DNA from: Clostridium sp. CAG:411
GTDB lineage: Bacteria > Bacillota > Clostridia > Lachnospirales > Lachnospiraceae
Direction of reading: 5' to 3'
NCBI GenBank assembly: GCA_000437275.1
Contig: FR899730.1
Location: forward strand, 45,534 to 109,533
DNA: 64,000 bases
Shown here: in pieces, positions 18,942 through 28,836 of the stretch
Position numbering within the stretch: position 1 is the first letter of the stretch
Layout of the letters: every line of letters starts with the position of its first letter
The notes under the pieces: model-generated
What the model saw: only the letters and a program-made list of their open reading frames with translations
Databases searched by the model: none
Told to the model about the DNA's origin: nothing
Position numbers and translations under genes: made by a program

Positions 18942-20540
18942 ATGTATTCTGGTGGAAGAGTAGAGAAAATGAAAAAAAACATTGCCTGGGGTACGTTCAG
19001 TCGTATTGTGGTAATGATTTACAGCTTTGTATCACGAACATTTTTTATTAAATATTTGGGATTGGCAAATAATGGTATCAATAGTGTGTTTACTGAAATC
19101 CTGACGATGCTTTCTTTTGCGGAGCTTGGAATTGGTACCGCTATGAATTATAGTTTATACAAGCTTGTGGCAGAGAATGATGTGCCAAAAATAAAGTCCT
19201 ATATGGATTTTTATAAAAAGGCATATCGTGTAATTGCAGCTGTGATTGGTGTAGTTGGTCTTGCCATTATGCCAATTATTCCTCATATGCTTTCTACGGA
19301 AGATATCAATGGTGCAGGTGGAAATATTTACTTGATTTATTTTCTGTATTTATTTAATACGGTCTGCTCTTATTTTGTCTCTTATAAATATAGCTTATCA
19401 AATGCAGAACAGAAAAGTTATATCTTTACCAATATCAATCTAATATTCAATCTGGTATGTCAGACGGGACAACTGGTAATATTATTTTTGACAAAGAATT
19501 TCTTGTGTTATTGTTGTGTGGGAGCAGTAGTGCAGTTAATACAAAATTTGGTAACCAATTGGTATATGAATCGACTATATCCGTATTTGAAGGATAAAGA
19601 TGTAGAGAAATTATCGAAAAAAGAGATTGGACCAATCATTAAAAATGTAAAGGCGTTGGTAATTTCAAGAATTGGTTCTATTTGTGTCAATGCAACAGAC
19701 AACATTATTATAACTTGGGTGATTAATGCAACAACATCTGGTTTGATTGGAAATTATAATACATTAATTCGAAATATCAATGGCTTTATGACGATTATCA
19801 TGAACTCACAGACTGCCAGCTTTGGAAACTTGATTGCATCCGAAGGAAAAGAAAAGCAGTATATCGCTTTTAAAAATTTCCGTTTCCTTACATTCTGGAT
19901 ATATGGATTTGCTTCTATCGTGTTATTTACGTTAATGACTCCGTTTATCGTAATCTGGTTAGGAAAAGGGTATACAACCTTGACCATTACCATATTTTTG
20001 ATTATGCTTAACTACTATTTAAGTGGGGATCGAAATGCGATTTACAATGTTAAAGTAGCAGGTGGAATTTTTGAGCAGGATAAATGGCTTGCTTTAGTTA
20101 CGGCATTTTCCAATCTAAGTATTTCAATTATTGGAGCAAAGTATCTTGGCTTACCTGGTATCTATGTGGGAACGGTGGTTACAGGGTTAATAGAAACCTT
20201 TGTACGTCCGCATATTGTATATCGCGATTTGTTTGAGGTAAAAACATGGGAATATTACCGAATTGGATTGCAGTATTTGGGAGTGGTCCTTTTTACGGGG
20301 GCAGTATGTTTGGGCTTACAAAAGGCTATTTTACCTGCTAGTGTGATTACTGCTACGGTGGGAACTACAATTGTAGCAAGAGCAAAGGAAATTGGCTTGC
20401 GCTTCTTAGTGCTTGCGATTTTGACTGTAAGTATTCCAAATGTGGTATTTTTCTTGATGTATCGAAAGACAGATGAGTTTATTTACTTAAAAAACATTTT
20501 TGCAAAAATATTTGCTAAATTCAAAAGGAAAAAGGCATAA
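18942..20540 (+). CDS. Wzx-type oligosaccharide flippase (polysaccharide biosynthesis protein, MOP superfamily)
   Basis: The 532-aa product has about 14 TM helices and the N-terminal pattern ...FFIKYLGLANNGINSVFTEILTMLSFAELGIGTAMNYSLYK typical of Wzx/RfbX. The start could instead be the ATG at 18969. Confidence 0.65.
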   Translation: MYSGGRVEKMKKNIAWGTFSRIVVMIYSFVSRTFFIKYLGLANNGINSVFTEILTMLSFAELGIGTAMNYSLYKLVAENDVPKIKSYMDFYKKAYRVIAAVIGVVGLAIMPIIPHMLSTEDINGAGGNIYLIYFLYLFNTVCSYFVSYKYSLSNAEQKSYIFTNINLIFNLVCQTGQLVILFLTKNFLCYCCVGAVVQLIQNLVTNWYMNRLYPYLKDKDVEKLSKKEIGPIIKNVKALVISRIGSICVNATDNIIITWVINATTSGLIGNYNTLIRNINGFMTIIMNSQTASFGNLIASEGKEKQYIAFKNFRFLTFWIYGFASIVLFTLMTPFIVIWLGKGYTTLTITIFLIMLNYYLSGDRNAIYNVKVAGGIFEQDKWLALVTAFSNLSISIIGAKYLGLPGIYVGTVVTGLIETFVRPHIVYRDLFEVKTWEYYRIGLQYLGVVLFTGAVCLGLQKAILPASVITATVGTTIVARAKEIGLRFLVLAILTVSIPNVVFFLMYRKTDEFIYLKNIFAKIFAKFKRKKA

Positions 20541-20554
20541 GCAGGAGGTTTCAT

Positions 20555-21451
20555 ATGGCAGATAATATCATAAAAAAAGTCAGGCATTTCTTTTATTGTA
20601 TAGTTTGGATTGGAAAAGATAAAATTACAAAACCTTTTATCGGGCAGCCACAGATTAAATCTGTGGAAGAAACCTATGAAAAGATTTTAACAGATCATGT
20701 ATCTGTCAGCCGCTTTGGAGATGGAGAGTTTAAGTGGATGGCAGACTTACCACAGAATACGTTTCAAAATCCATCCAAAGAGATGCAGCAACGACTGATT
20801 GAAATTAGTAAAAGCGATTTAGAAAACCATATTGTTTGTTTATCCGATACATTTGGTGATTTAAAGCAATTTAATGCGTATGGAAGAGAATTTTGGGGCT
20901 GTTTTATGGGAATGTACCGTAAGAAATGGATGCGTTTTTTAAAGCCTGGAAAAGTATATTATAATACGAATATGACACGTCCCTATATGGACTATGTAGA
21001 TAAATCCCCTTGTGCCATGCGATTTGCCATGTTAAAGAAAATTTGGCAAGATAGAAAAGTTGTGTTAATTGAAGGGGAAAAATCAAGGCTGGGAGTGGGA
21101 AATGATTTGTTTTCTACTGCGGCATCGGTACAGCGAATATTAGCACCAGCAACAAATGCTTTTGATAAGTATAAAGAATTGCTAACGCGTGCATGTCAAT
21201 TGGAGAAAGATACGTTAATTTTAATCGCACTGGGTCCAACGGCTACAATTTTGGCATATGATTTGGCAAAGTGCGGGTATCAGGCATTGGATATTGGACA
21301 TGTGGATGTGGAATATGAATGGTTTCAAATGGGTGCGACGAGTAAAGTTCCTCTAAAAAATAAGTATGTAAATGAATCCTTACAAGGTCGCAATATTGGC
21401 GAACTTCAGGATGAAGAATATATTTCACAGATTATTGATAGGATTGAGTAA
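20555..21451 (+). CDS. DUF1792/GT-D-fold glycosyltransferase, stand-alone
   Basis: VSVSRFGDGEFKWM carries the DxE metal-binding motif reported for the GT-D fold. The product is about 65% identical to the C-terminal half of the 22498-24354 protein. Confidence 0.5.
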   Translation: MADNIIKKVRHFFYCIVWIGKDKITKPFIGQPQIKSVEETYEKILTDHVSVSRFGDGEFKWMADLPQNTFQNPSKEMQQRLIEISKSDLENHIVCLSDTFGDLKQFNAYGREFWGCFMGMYRKKWMRFLKPGKVYYNTNMTRPYMDYVDKSPCAMRFAMLKKIWQDRKVVLIEGEKSRLGVGNDLFSTAASVQRILAPATNAFDKYKELLTRACQLEKDTLILIALGPTATILAYDLAKCGYQALDIGHVDVEYEWFQMGATSKVPLKNKYVNESLQGRNIGELQDEEYISQIIDRIE

Positions 21452-21482
21452 ATTTAAGCGTATTACAGGGATAGGAGAACGT

Positions 21483-22481
21483 ATGATTTCAGTGATAGTA
21501 CCGGTTTTTCGGGTAGAAAAGTTTTTAGACCAGTGTGTAAGGTCGATTCAGAACCAGACATACAAAGATTTGGAAATTATATTAGTAGATGATGGAAGTG
21601 ACGATAATTGTCCTGCCATGTGTGATGCCTATGCAAAAGAGGATCGCAGAATTAAAGTAATACATAAAAAGAATGGTGGATTATCAGATGCGAGAAATGC
21701 AGGCTTAGAGATTGCAACTGGGGAGTATATTGCATTTGTAGATAGTGATGATTATATAGCTACGGATATGTATGAGAAAATGGCAGCAGTTATGGATACT
21801 ATGCAGGATGTGGATGTAGTAGTCTGCCCTTTTCAAAAGGTGGCAGAAGAAGATTGCTATAAAAAAGAAAATTCTCAAAATGATGTATGCAAGCACCGCA
21901 TTTTAGAGCATGATGGGGTTGTACGAGAAATGTTTTTGGAACAGTATGAGCTATACATCGTTGCATGGAATAAATTATGTAGAAGGAAAATGTGGAAAGA
22001 AGTACGTTTCCCAGTGGGGAAAATACATGAAGATCAATACACAACCTATAAGATACTATATGAGGCAAGGAAGGTTGCCTTCATGGAGCAGCCATTTTAT
22101 TTTTACCGTCAGAGACAGGGAAGTATTATGAGCCGATTTAATGCCAAAGGCTGTATGGACGATATCATGGCATTACAGGAAAAGATGCAGTTTTTTGAGA
22201 AAAAAAAAGAGTGGGAATATGCATGCTGTGCCAGTCGGAGTTTGGAGCATATGATCTATCATTATCATAGGGCAGAAAAGTATAAAGAGAAGGATACAGC
22301 AAATGCGATTCGTACTTTATTTATAAAAGATTGGAAGCAAATAAAAAAGCAGAAAATAAAAGGCATTTCAAAAGAGAGGACAGCGTATTTTAATAGTTTT
22401 ATGATTTCGGATGCATGGATGAAATGTTATATGAAATGTTATTGGAAGCTGCTCGGTTTAAAACGTAAGTTAAGGAAGTAA
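21483..22481 (+). CDS. Glycosyltransferase family 2 (member of a paralog set)
   Basis: MISVIVPVFRVEKFLDQCVRSIQNQTYKDLEIILVDDGSDDNC...VDSDDYI. I moved the start to the ATG at 21483, which has an AGGAGA RBS, because the track ORF from 21372 overlaps the upstream gene. Confidence 0.8.
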   Translation: MISVIVPVFRVEKFLDQCVRSIQNQTYKDLEIILVDDGSDDNCPAMCDAYAKEDRRIKVIHKKNGGLSDARNAGLEIATGEYIAFVDSDDYIATDMYEKMAAVMDTMQDVDVVVCPFQKVAEEDCYKKENSQNDVCKHRILEHDGVVREMFLEQYELYIVAWNKLCRRKMWKEVRFPVGKIHEDQYTTYKILYEARKVAFMEQPFYFYRQRQGSIMSRFNAKGCMDDIMALQEKMQFFEKKKEWEYACCASRSLEHMIYHYHRAEKYKEKDTANAIRTLFIKDWKQIKKQKIKGISKERTAYFNSFMISDAWMKCYMKCYWKLLGLKRKLRK

Positions 22482-22497
22482 AAGAGGAGGAGTCGGT

Positions 22498-24354
22498 ATG
22501 ATATCTGTTATTGTACCTGTTTATCGTGTAGAGTCATATATCGAATATTGTATACAATCAATTCAAAATCAGACATATAAAGATTTGGAAATCATATTAG
22601 TGGATGACGGTAGTGACGATGGATGTCCGGAAATTTGCGACAGATACGCAAAAGAGGATAAGCGTATCAAGGTGATTCACAAAAAAAATGAAGGTTTAGC
22701 CAGTGCAAGAAATGTTGGATTGGAAGCAGCTACAGGGGAATATATTTCCTTTGTAGACAGTGATGATTATATACAAACGGAAATGTATGAAGTAATGGTG
22801 GCATTTTTGGAACGAAATCCAGATATAAATATTGCAATGTGCAGATATAAACAGGTAGAAGAGACCGATCATACGGTTTATTTTGATAGGGCGACAAAAG
22901 ATTTTTATACATTAGATCATGATGCTATTGTGAAGGAAATGTTTTCCGAGCAATATGCCATGTATGTAGTTGTATGGAATAAGCTATATCGGCGCACAGT
23001 ATGGGAAACCTTGCGTTTTCCAGTTGGAAAACTCCACGAGGATGAATTTGTTTCTTATAAATTTTTATATGAACAAAAGCGTATCGGCATTTATTATGAT
23101 CGTTTTTATCATTATCGAAAACGACAGGGAAGCATTACACAGGAGAAGGAAGTGCAATCATATTTGGATTGTACCCAGGCATTACAGCAGAAAATAGATT
23201 TTTTCAGGGAAAAAGAGCAAAATGAATATGCAATGTGCATCAGTCGTTCTTTAAGTACCCTAATCTACTATTTTCAATGTATAAAGAAAAAGGGAGATAA
23301 AAAGAGTGCAGCCCAGATTCGGAATATATTTTTGAAAGAGTGGAAAAGTACAAAGAAGGAAATATATAAAGAATTGCCAAAAGAGCGTAGAAGCTATTTT
23401 TCTTCTTTTGCTATCTCTGAGTTTGTTTTATATTTATATATGCCATTGTATTGGAAAGGACTGAGCATAGTTAGAAAGATTAAAAGAAAGTTGCAGGGAA
23501 AGTATTATTTGTGGAAAGGGAAAAAACAGGCTGCCAGCAAAAAGAATCCCACTATTATGTCTATTGAGGAGACCTTGGAGACCATCATTGCAAAACGGTG
23601 TTCCGTTAGTCGATATGGAGATGGTGAGTATAAATGGATGGTGGGATTGCCACAAACCTCTTTCCAGCACTTTTCAAAGGAAATGCAGCATAGATTGTTG
23701 ACGATTTGTAAGAGCGAGGAAGAAAATCATTTAATTTGTCTATCGGATGGTTTTGGAAAGCTGGATTACTTAAATAAAGAGGCACAATATTTCTGGTATA
23801 CATTTATGGGAGAAAACAGAGAAAAATGGATTTCTTATTTAAAGCCTGGAAAGGTGTATTATAACACGAATATGACACGCCCGTATATGGATTATGTTGA
23901 TAAATCTCCTTGCGCACATCGCTTTGCATTATTAAAACAGATTTGGCAGGACAGAGATATTATACTGATCGAGGGAGATAAGTCCAGATTAGGAATTGGA
24001 AACGATTTGTTTGAAACGGCTCGTTCTGTGAAACGTATCCTTGCACCTGCTAGGGATGCCTATGATAAGTATGCGGAAATTATGGAAGCGGCTTGTAAAC
24101 AAGACAAGGATGCGTTGTATCTGATTGCGTTAGGACCTACAGCCACAATACTGGCTTATGATTTGCACAAGACAGGGAGACAGGCTATTGATGTAGGGCA
24201 TGTTGATATTGAGTATGAATGGTTTTTGATGGGAGCAACGAAGAAAGTGGCGATTGAAAATAAATATGTCAATGAGGTAGATGCAGGATTGAATTGCAGA
24301 GAAATGTTAGATGAGACATATCAGTCACAAATCATAGAAAAAATAGAGTGGTAA
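22498..24354 (+). CDS. Bifunctional glycosyltransferase: N-terminal GT2 (GT-A) fused to a C-terminal DUF1792/GT-D domain
   Basis: Residues 1-~330 parallel the 21483 GT2 (MISVIVPVYRVESYIEYCIQSIQNQTYKDLEIILVDDGSDDGC...). Residues ~350-618 parallel the 20555 GT-D protein (CSVSRYGDGEYKWM...LIALGPTATILAYDL...GHVDIEYEWF). Confidence 0.65.
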   Translation: MISVIVPVYRVESYIEYCIQSIQNQTYKDLEIILVDDGSDDGCPEICDRYAKEDKRIKVIHKKNEGLASARNVGLEAATGEYISFVDSDDYIQTEMYEVMVAFLERNPDINIAMCRYKQVEETDHTVYFDRATKDFYTLDHDAIVKEMFSEQYAMYVVVWNKLYRRTVWETLRFPVGKLHEDEFVSYKFLYEQKRIGIYYDRFYHYRKRQGSITQEKEVQSYLDCTQALQQKIDFFREKEQNEYAMCISRSLSTLIYYFQCIKKKGDKKSAAQIRNIFLKEWKSTKKEIYKELPKERRSYFSSFAISEFVLYLYMPLYWKGLSIVRKIKRKLQGKYYLWKGKKQAASKKNPTIMSIEETLETIIAKRCSVSRYGDGEYKWMVGLPQTSFQHFSKEMQHRLLTICKSEEENHLICLSDGFGKLDYLNKEAQYFWYTFMGENREKWISYLKPGKVYYNTNMTRPYMDYVDKSPCAHRFALLKQIWQDRDIILIEGDKSRLGIGNDLFETARSVKRILAPARDAYDKYAEIMEAACKQDKDALYLIALGPTATILAYDLHKTGRQAIDVGHVDIEYEWFLMGATKKVAIENKYVNEVDAGLNCREMLDETYQSQIIEKIEW

Positions 24355-24374
24355 AACATAGATGGAGGAAAAAT

Positions 24375-25415
24375 ATGAGCAACATGGAGGATTTGATTTC
24401 AGTTATTGTTCCTGTATATGGTGCGGAGAGTTATCTGGAAAAGTGTATTCGTTCCATTATGAATCAAACATACCGAAATTTGGAAATTATTTTAGTGGAT
24501 GATAAATCACCAGATGGCAGCGGAGAACTGTGTGATCAATTAGCAAAAGAGGACGAGCGTATTATCGTGATTCACAGAGAAACAAATGGTGGCATTTCTG
24601 CGGCAAGAAATACAGGAATTGACATTGCCAAAGGAGCTTACATTGGATTTTCTGACTGTGATGACTATATGCATGCAAGAAATTTTGAAATTTTGCATCG
24701 TCTATTGGTGGAGCATCAGGTAGATATTGTTGTAGCGGACTATTTAGAAATTGAGGATGACGATAATGATCATCAGGATGCAGAGATTGCATATGAGCAA
24801 ATTCAAATAGAGCATTATGGTGGAGTGGAATGTATGAACCACCTGTTGACAGAACGAAATGTAAAAACAATCTTGCCTTGGAATAAATTGTATAAACGAA
24901 GCGTGTTTGATGTGGGAAATCGCTTCCCTGAAGGTATCAATGGAGAGGATGATTTTTGCATTCCGCATTTATTGTGTGCAGCAGAAAAAGTAATCTATAC
25001 GGATGTAGCTCTATATTATTGGAGAAAACGTCCGACCAGTTACAGTCGTTCCTTTAAATTATCCAGAACGACCTATCTTTATGTATTAGAGGAACGGGAA
25101 GAATTTTTAAAAGATAAAATATCCGATGAATTAAAACATCGTTTTCTCGTTCACTATATGGAAATATTATGGGATTTTTATTATTTGGTAAAAATTAATT
25201 ACCCAAATGAAAAAGAACGCTATAGAAGTTATCGTAAGAAATTCCAAAATAAATATGAAGAGAATAAACATATCCTTCATATATCCAAAAAGAAGAAATT
25301 AAAGTGGGATGTGTTTAGAAAGGCAATTTTTATCAGTGATGTCTGGTACAAAATCGATCAAATAAAAAGAAAGACCATTCGAAAAATGAAGGGAATTGAC
25401 AATTATTATAATTAA
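24375..25415 (+). CDS. Glycosyltransferase family 2 (paralog set)
   Basis: ISVIVPVYGAESYLEKCIRSIMNQTYRNLEIILVDDKSPDGS...SDCDDYM. I put the start at the ATG at 24375, which has GGAGGA upstream. Confidence 0.75.
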   Translation: MSNMEDLISVIVPVYGAESYLEKCIRSIMNQTYRNLEIILVDDKSPDGSGELCDQLAKEDERIIVIHRETNGGISAARNTGIDIAKGAYIGFSDCDDYMHARNFEILHRLLVEHQVDIVVADYLEIEDDDNDHQDAEIAYEQIQIEHYGGVECMNHLLTERNVKTILPWNKLYKRSVFDVGNRFPEGINGEDDFCIPHLLCAAEKVIYTDVALYYWRKRPTSYSRSFKLSRTTYLYVLEEREEFLKDKISDELKHRFLVHYMEILWDFYYLVKINYPNEKERYRSYRKKFQNKYEENKHILHISKKKKLKWDVFRKAIFISDVWYKIDQIKRKTIRKMKGIDNYYN

Positions 25416-25490
25416 AAAAGTTTGAACGAATGCTTTTGCAGTAAATTTTGTAAATATTCATACAAGCATTGACAGGAAAGGAAATTTTGC

Positions 25491-26450
25491 ATGGAGAGCA
25501 TGATAAGTATCATAATACCAGTTTATAAAGTAGAACAATATGTAGAACGTTGCATAAAATGCATACAGGCACAGACTTACACAAAGTGGGAGGCAATTTT
25601 TGTAGATGATGGCTCACCAGATAAAAGTGGAGAAATTTGTGAGAAGTATGCGAAAGAGGATAGCAGAATTAGGGTGATACATAAAAAGAATGCAGGTGTA
25701 GCGGCGGCAAGAAATACAGGGATCATTAGTGCAGAAGGGGAGTTTATTGCATTTATAGATAGTGATGATTATGCACATCCACAGTATTTAGAATATTTAA
25801 TGAAGTTACAGAAAAAGTATGATGCAGATTTGGCAATTGTGGGATATGAACTGTCTTATGGAAGTGACATAGGAGAGGGAAAGCCACAAGGGGAAGTTGA
25901 AGTGATGGACAGTGCAGAAGCGATTGAAAAAATAATGGAAAATCAACAGTTTTGCAGTCCATGGTCTAAATTATACAAGAAAAAACTGTTTGAGAAAATT
26001 AGATATCCAGAGGGTGCAATTTATGAAGATTTAATGACTGCATTTGAAATTTTTCAGGCAGCAGATACCATTGTGTATCAAAATATACCATTGTACTATT
26101 ATTTTCAGGTATCAGAAAGTATTACAAGAAGTGAGTTTCATTATGGAAAGCTGGATGAGGCAATTGCATTAAAAAAACAGTATGAATTTATTTCCAAGCA
26201 TTTTCCAAGTTTGTCCAAACAGGCAAAATACAAATATTTATATAATGTGTATGGACATATCTTGTGTTTAGTTAAAGCAGAGGATACATATGGAAAGCAA
26301 AAATATGAAGAATTTTGTAAAGTCTTTAATGAAAATATAGATTTTTTCAAGCAATATGGTGACTTAGATAAAAAGCAGAAATTTCGTTGTGGCATGATAA
26401 GACATCCTAAACTATATCGCATGTTATATAAATTGACAAAAAAAGTTTGA
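25491..26450 (+). CDS. Glycosyltransferase family 2 (paralog set)
   Basis: ISIIIPVYKVEQYVERCIKCIQAQTY...IFVDDGSPDKS...IDSDDYA. Confidence 0.75.
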   Translation: MESMISIIIPVYKVEQYVERCIKCIQAQTYTKWEAIFVDDGSPDKSGEICEKYAKEDSRIRVIHKKNAGVAAARNTGIISAEGEFIAFIDSDDYAHPQYLEYLMKLQKKYDADLAIVGYELSYGSDIGEGKPQGEVEVMDSAEAIEKIMENQQFCSPWSKLYKKKLFEKIRYPEGAIYEDLMTAFEIFQAADTIVYQNIPLYYYFQVSESITRSEFHYGKLDEAIALKKQYEFISKHFPSLSKQAKYKYLYNVYGHILCLVKAEDTYGKQKYEEFCKVFNENIDFFKQYGDLDKKQKFRCGMIRHPKLYRMLYKLTKKV

Positions 26451-26463
26451 TTTGGAGGAAAGT

Positions 26464-27576
26464 ATGAAAGTTGGAATAATTTCAATGCAGCGAATTATAA
26501 ATTATGGTTCGTATCTGCAAGCGTATTCGTTGAAAAAAACAATTGAGCAACTGGGACATGAAGTAGAATTTGTAGATTATACAGTGGAGCCACCGATTGT
26601 TCCTCAAAAAGAGGTGTATGAGCCAAGAAAAAGAAAAAATATTGTTCAAAAAGCAGTAAATTATATATGGGAACATCGAACTGCCAAGAGCAGAAAGATA
26701 CGAAAGTATAATCGTTATTTGATGGAGTTGGGAAAGGACTTTAGAACAAAGTATTTTTCGGAATTAGGAATAACGGAGGAGAGAAAATGTCGTGCAAAGG
26801 AAGATGTGATTGTAATTGGCAGTGATGAAGTATTTAATTGCCTACAGACAAATCCAGATGTAGGATATTCCAAAGAATTGTTTGGAAAGAATGCAAATGC
26901 AAAAAGGGTGATTAGTTATGCAGCTTCCTTTGGAACTACCACGGTAGATGGTTTAGAACAGTATGGAATTAAGGGTGAAGTGGCAGAACTGTTGAAAAAA
27001 ATGGATGCGATTTCTGTTAGAGATAAAAATTCAATAAAAGTAATTGAACAGTTGGTTGGTATAGAGCCTGCATACCATGTAGATCCTGTCTTTTTATGTG
27101 CCTATGAAGGAAAGATACCCGTTAGTGTACCGATGCAGGATTACATTATTGTATATGGGTATAAAGACCGTATTACCGAAGAAGAAGCAAAGGAGATAAA
27201 CCGTTTTGCTGAAAAAGAAGGAAAAAAGGTTATCACAATTGGACAGAAGCAAAGATTAGAATGGGAACACATACAACCCTCGCCATTTGAAGTGTTAGCA
27301 TATTTTCAACATGCAGATTATATAATCACAGATACGTTTCATGGTTCTGTATTTTCGATTAAATATGGGAAAAAATTTGCAACAATTATTCGGGAGGCAA
27401 ATGTCCAGAAGTTGACAGATTTATTAGAGCGTTTCAGCTTGTGCGATAGAATTGTAACAAAGATTCAGGACTTGGAAAGTGTATTGAAAAAAGAGATAGA
27501 TGTGGCATCTGTACAGGAAAAAATCGAAAAAGAAGTTGAAAAAAGTAAGCAATATTTAGAAAAGTCTATGAAATAA
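26464..27576 (+). CDS. Polysaccharide pyruvyl transferase (second copy)
   Basis: MKVGIISMQRIINYGSYLQAYSLKKTIEQLGHEVEFVDY followed by IGSDEVFN. I put the start at the ATG at 26464, which has GGAGGA upstream. Confidence 0.7.
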   Translation: MKVGIISMQRIINYGSYLQAYSLKKTIEQLGHEVEFVDYTVEPPIVPQKEVYEPRKRKNIVQKAVNYIWEHRTAKSRKIRKYNRYLMELGKDFRTKYFSELGITEERKCRAKEDVIVIGSDEVFNCLQTNPDVGYSKELFGKNANAKRVISYAASFGTTTVDGLEQYGIKGEVAELLKKMDAISVRDKNSIKVIEQLVGIEPAYHVDPVFLCAYEGKIPVSVPMQDYIIVYGYKDRITEEEAKEINRFAEKEGKKVITIGQKQRLEWEHIQPSPFEVLAYFQHADYIITDTFHGSVFSIKYGKKFATIIREANVQKLTDLLERFSLCDRIVTKIQDLESVLKKEIDVASVQEKIEKEVEKSKQYLEKSMK

Positions 27577-27656
27577 TATAGCTTTATAGGTATAAAAGTA
27601 AGCGAAAGTTTGAAGCTGTGTGTGAAACATTTGCATAAATAAAAGGAGAGAAAAGT

Positions 27657-28820
27657 TTGGAAATCTGTAAATTACAGCAATGTACGGGATGTTTTGCTTG
27701 CAAAGCAATCTGTCCTAAAAACGCTATAAAAGTAGCGACGGATCAGTATGGAAGTACATTCCCACAGATTGACACTGAAAAATGTGTCAAATGTAATCTT
27801 TGTAAAAAGGTCTGTCCAAACCAGATAGAAAAGAAGTTTACATATCCTGAAACATGTTTTGCAGCTTGGAGTTTGAATAAGGCGGACAGAGAATCCTGTG
27901 CTTCTGGTGGAATTGCAACTGGTTTGGGACGTTATATTATTGAGCAAGGTGGAGTTGTATTTGGAGCTTCTTTCTTGAAAGAGAAGGAGTTAGAGCTTGT
28001 GTTTTCTAAAGCGGAGAATATGGAAGAGTTAGAAAAGTTTAAAACATCCAAATATGTACAAGCAGATACCTCTAATGTATATGAAAAAGTAAAACAGGAA
28101 CTTTTGCAGGATCGGCAGGTACTTTTTATAGGAACGCCATGTCAGGTGGCAGGAGTACAGGGCTATTTACAGAAGCCATATGAAAAACTTTTGACGGTAG
28201 ATATTATCTGCCATGGAGTGAATCCAATGCAATATTTAAGGCAACATGCAAAGACAGTATGTAAGACAAAACAAGTGTCGTATCCGACCTTTAGAGGAGC
28301 GAAAGATTATGCCATGCGGTTCTTTAATAAAAAGCATGAATTAATCTATGAAAAGGATGCATATGAAGATTACTATTTTCGTGCCTTTTTGTGTAGCATG
28401 ATGTGTAGAGAAAATTGCTATGTCTGTCCCTATGCAAGAACAGAACGAATCTCTGATTTGACGATTGGAGATTTTTGGGGATTAGACAAGCAAACATTAA
28501 AAGAGAGTTATAATGGAAAGGTTTCCGTCATATTGCAAAATACAGAAAAGGGAGAAAAATTGTTATCTGTATGTGCAGAGGGACTTTATATGGAAGAACG
28601 CACGGTGGAAGAAGCCTTAAAAGAAAATGAACAATTAAGAAAAACTGCGTCAAAATATAAAGACCGAGAAATCTTTTTAACGCACTATCCTCAATTGGGA
28701 TTTGATGGAGCAATGAAGAAAACTTGTCTCAAAAGGGAGATTATGCAGCTAAAGTATAAAAAAACAAAATGGAACATAAAGCGTTGTCTAAAAAGAATCA
28801 TAGGTAGACAGGATAGATAA
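27657..28820 (+). CDS. Coenzyme F420 hydrogenase/dehydrogenase beta-subunit-like Fe-S protein (2x[4Fe-4S] ferredoxin plus an FrhB/FdhB-like domain)
   Basis: Two CxxCxxCxxxCP motifs (CTGCFACKAICP and CVKCNLCKKVCP) are followed by a flavin/F420-binding-like domain. TTG start with an AAAAGGAGAG RBS. Confidence 0.6.
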   Translation: MEICKLQQCTGCFACKAICPKNAIKVATDQYGSTFPQIDTEKCVKCNLCKKVCPNQIEKKFTYPETCFAAWSLNKADRESCASGGIATGLGRYIIEQGGVVFGASFLKEKELELVFSKAENMEELEKFKTSKYVQADTSNVYEKVKQELLQDRQVLFIGTPCQVAGVQGYLQKPYEKLLTVDIICHGVNPMQYLRQHAKTVCKTKQVSYPTFRGAKDYAMRFFNKKHELIYEKDAYEDYYFRAFLCSMMCRENCYVCPYARTERISDLTIGDFWGLDKQTLKESYNGKVSVILQNTEKGEKLLSVCAEGLYMEERTVEEALKENEQLRKTASKYKDREIFLTHYPQLGFDGAMKKTCLKREIMQLKYKKTKWNIKRCLKRIIGRQDR

Positions 28821-28836
28821 GGTAGAGGTGTTATAG

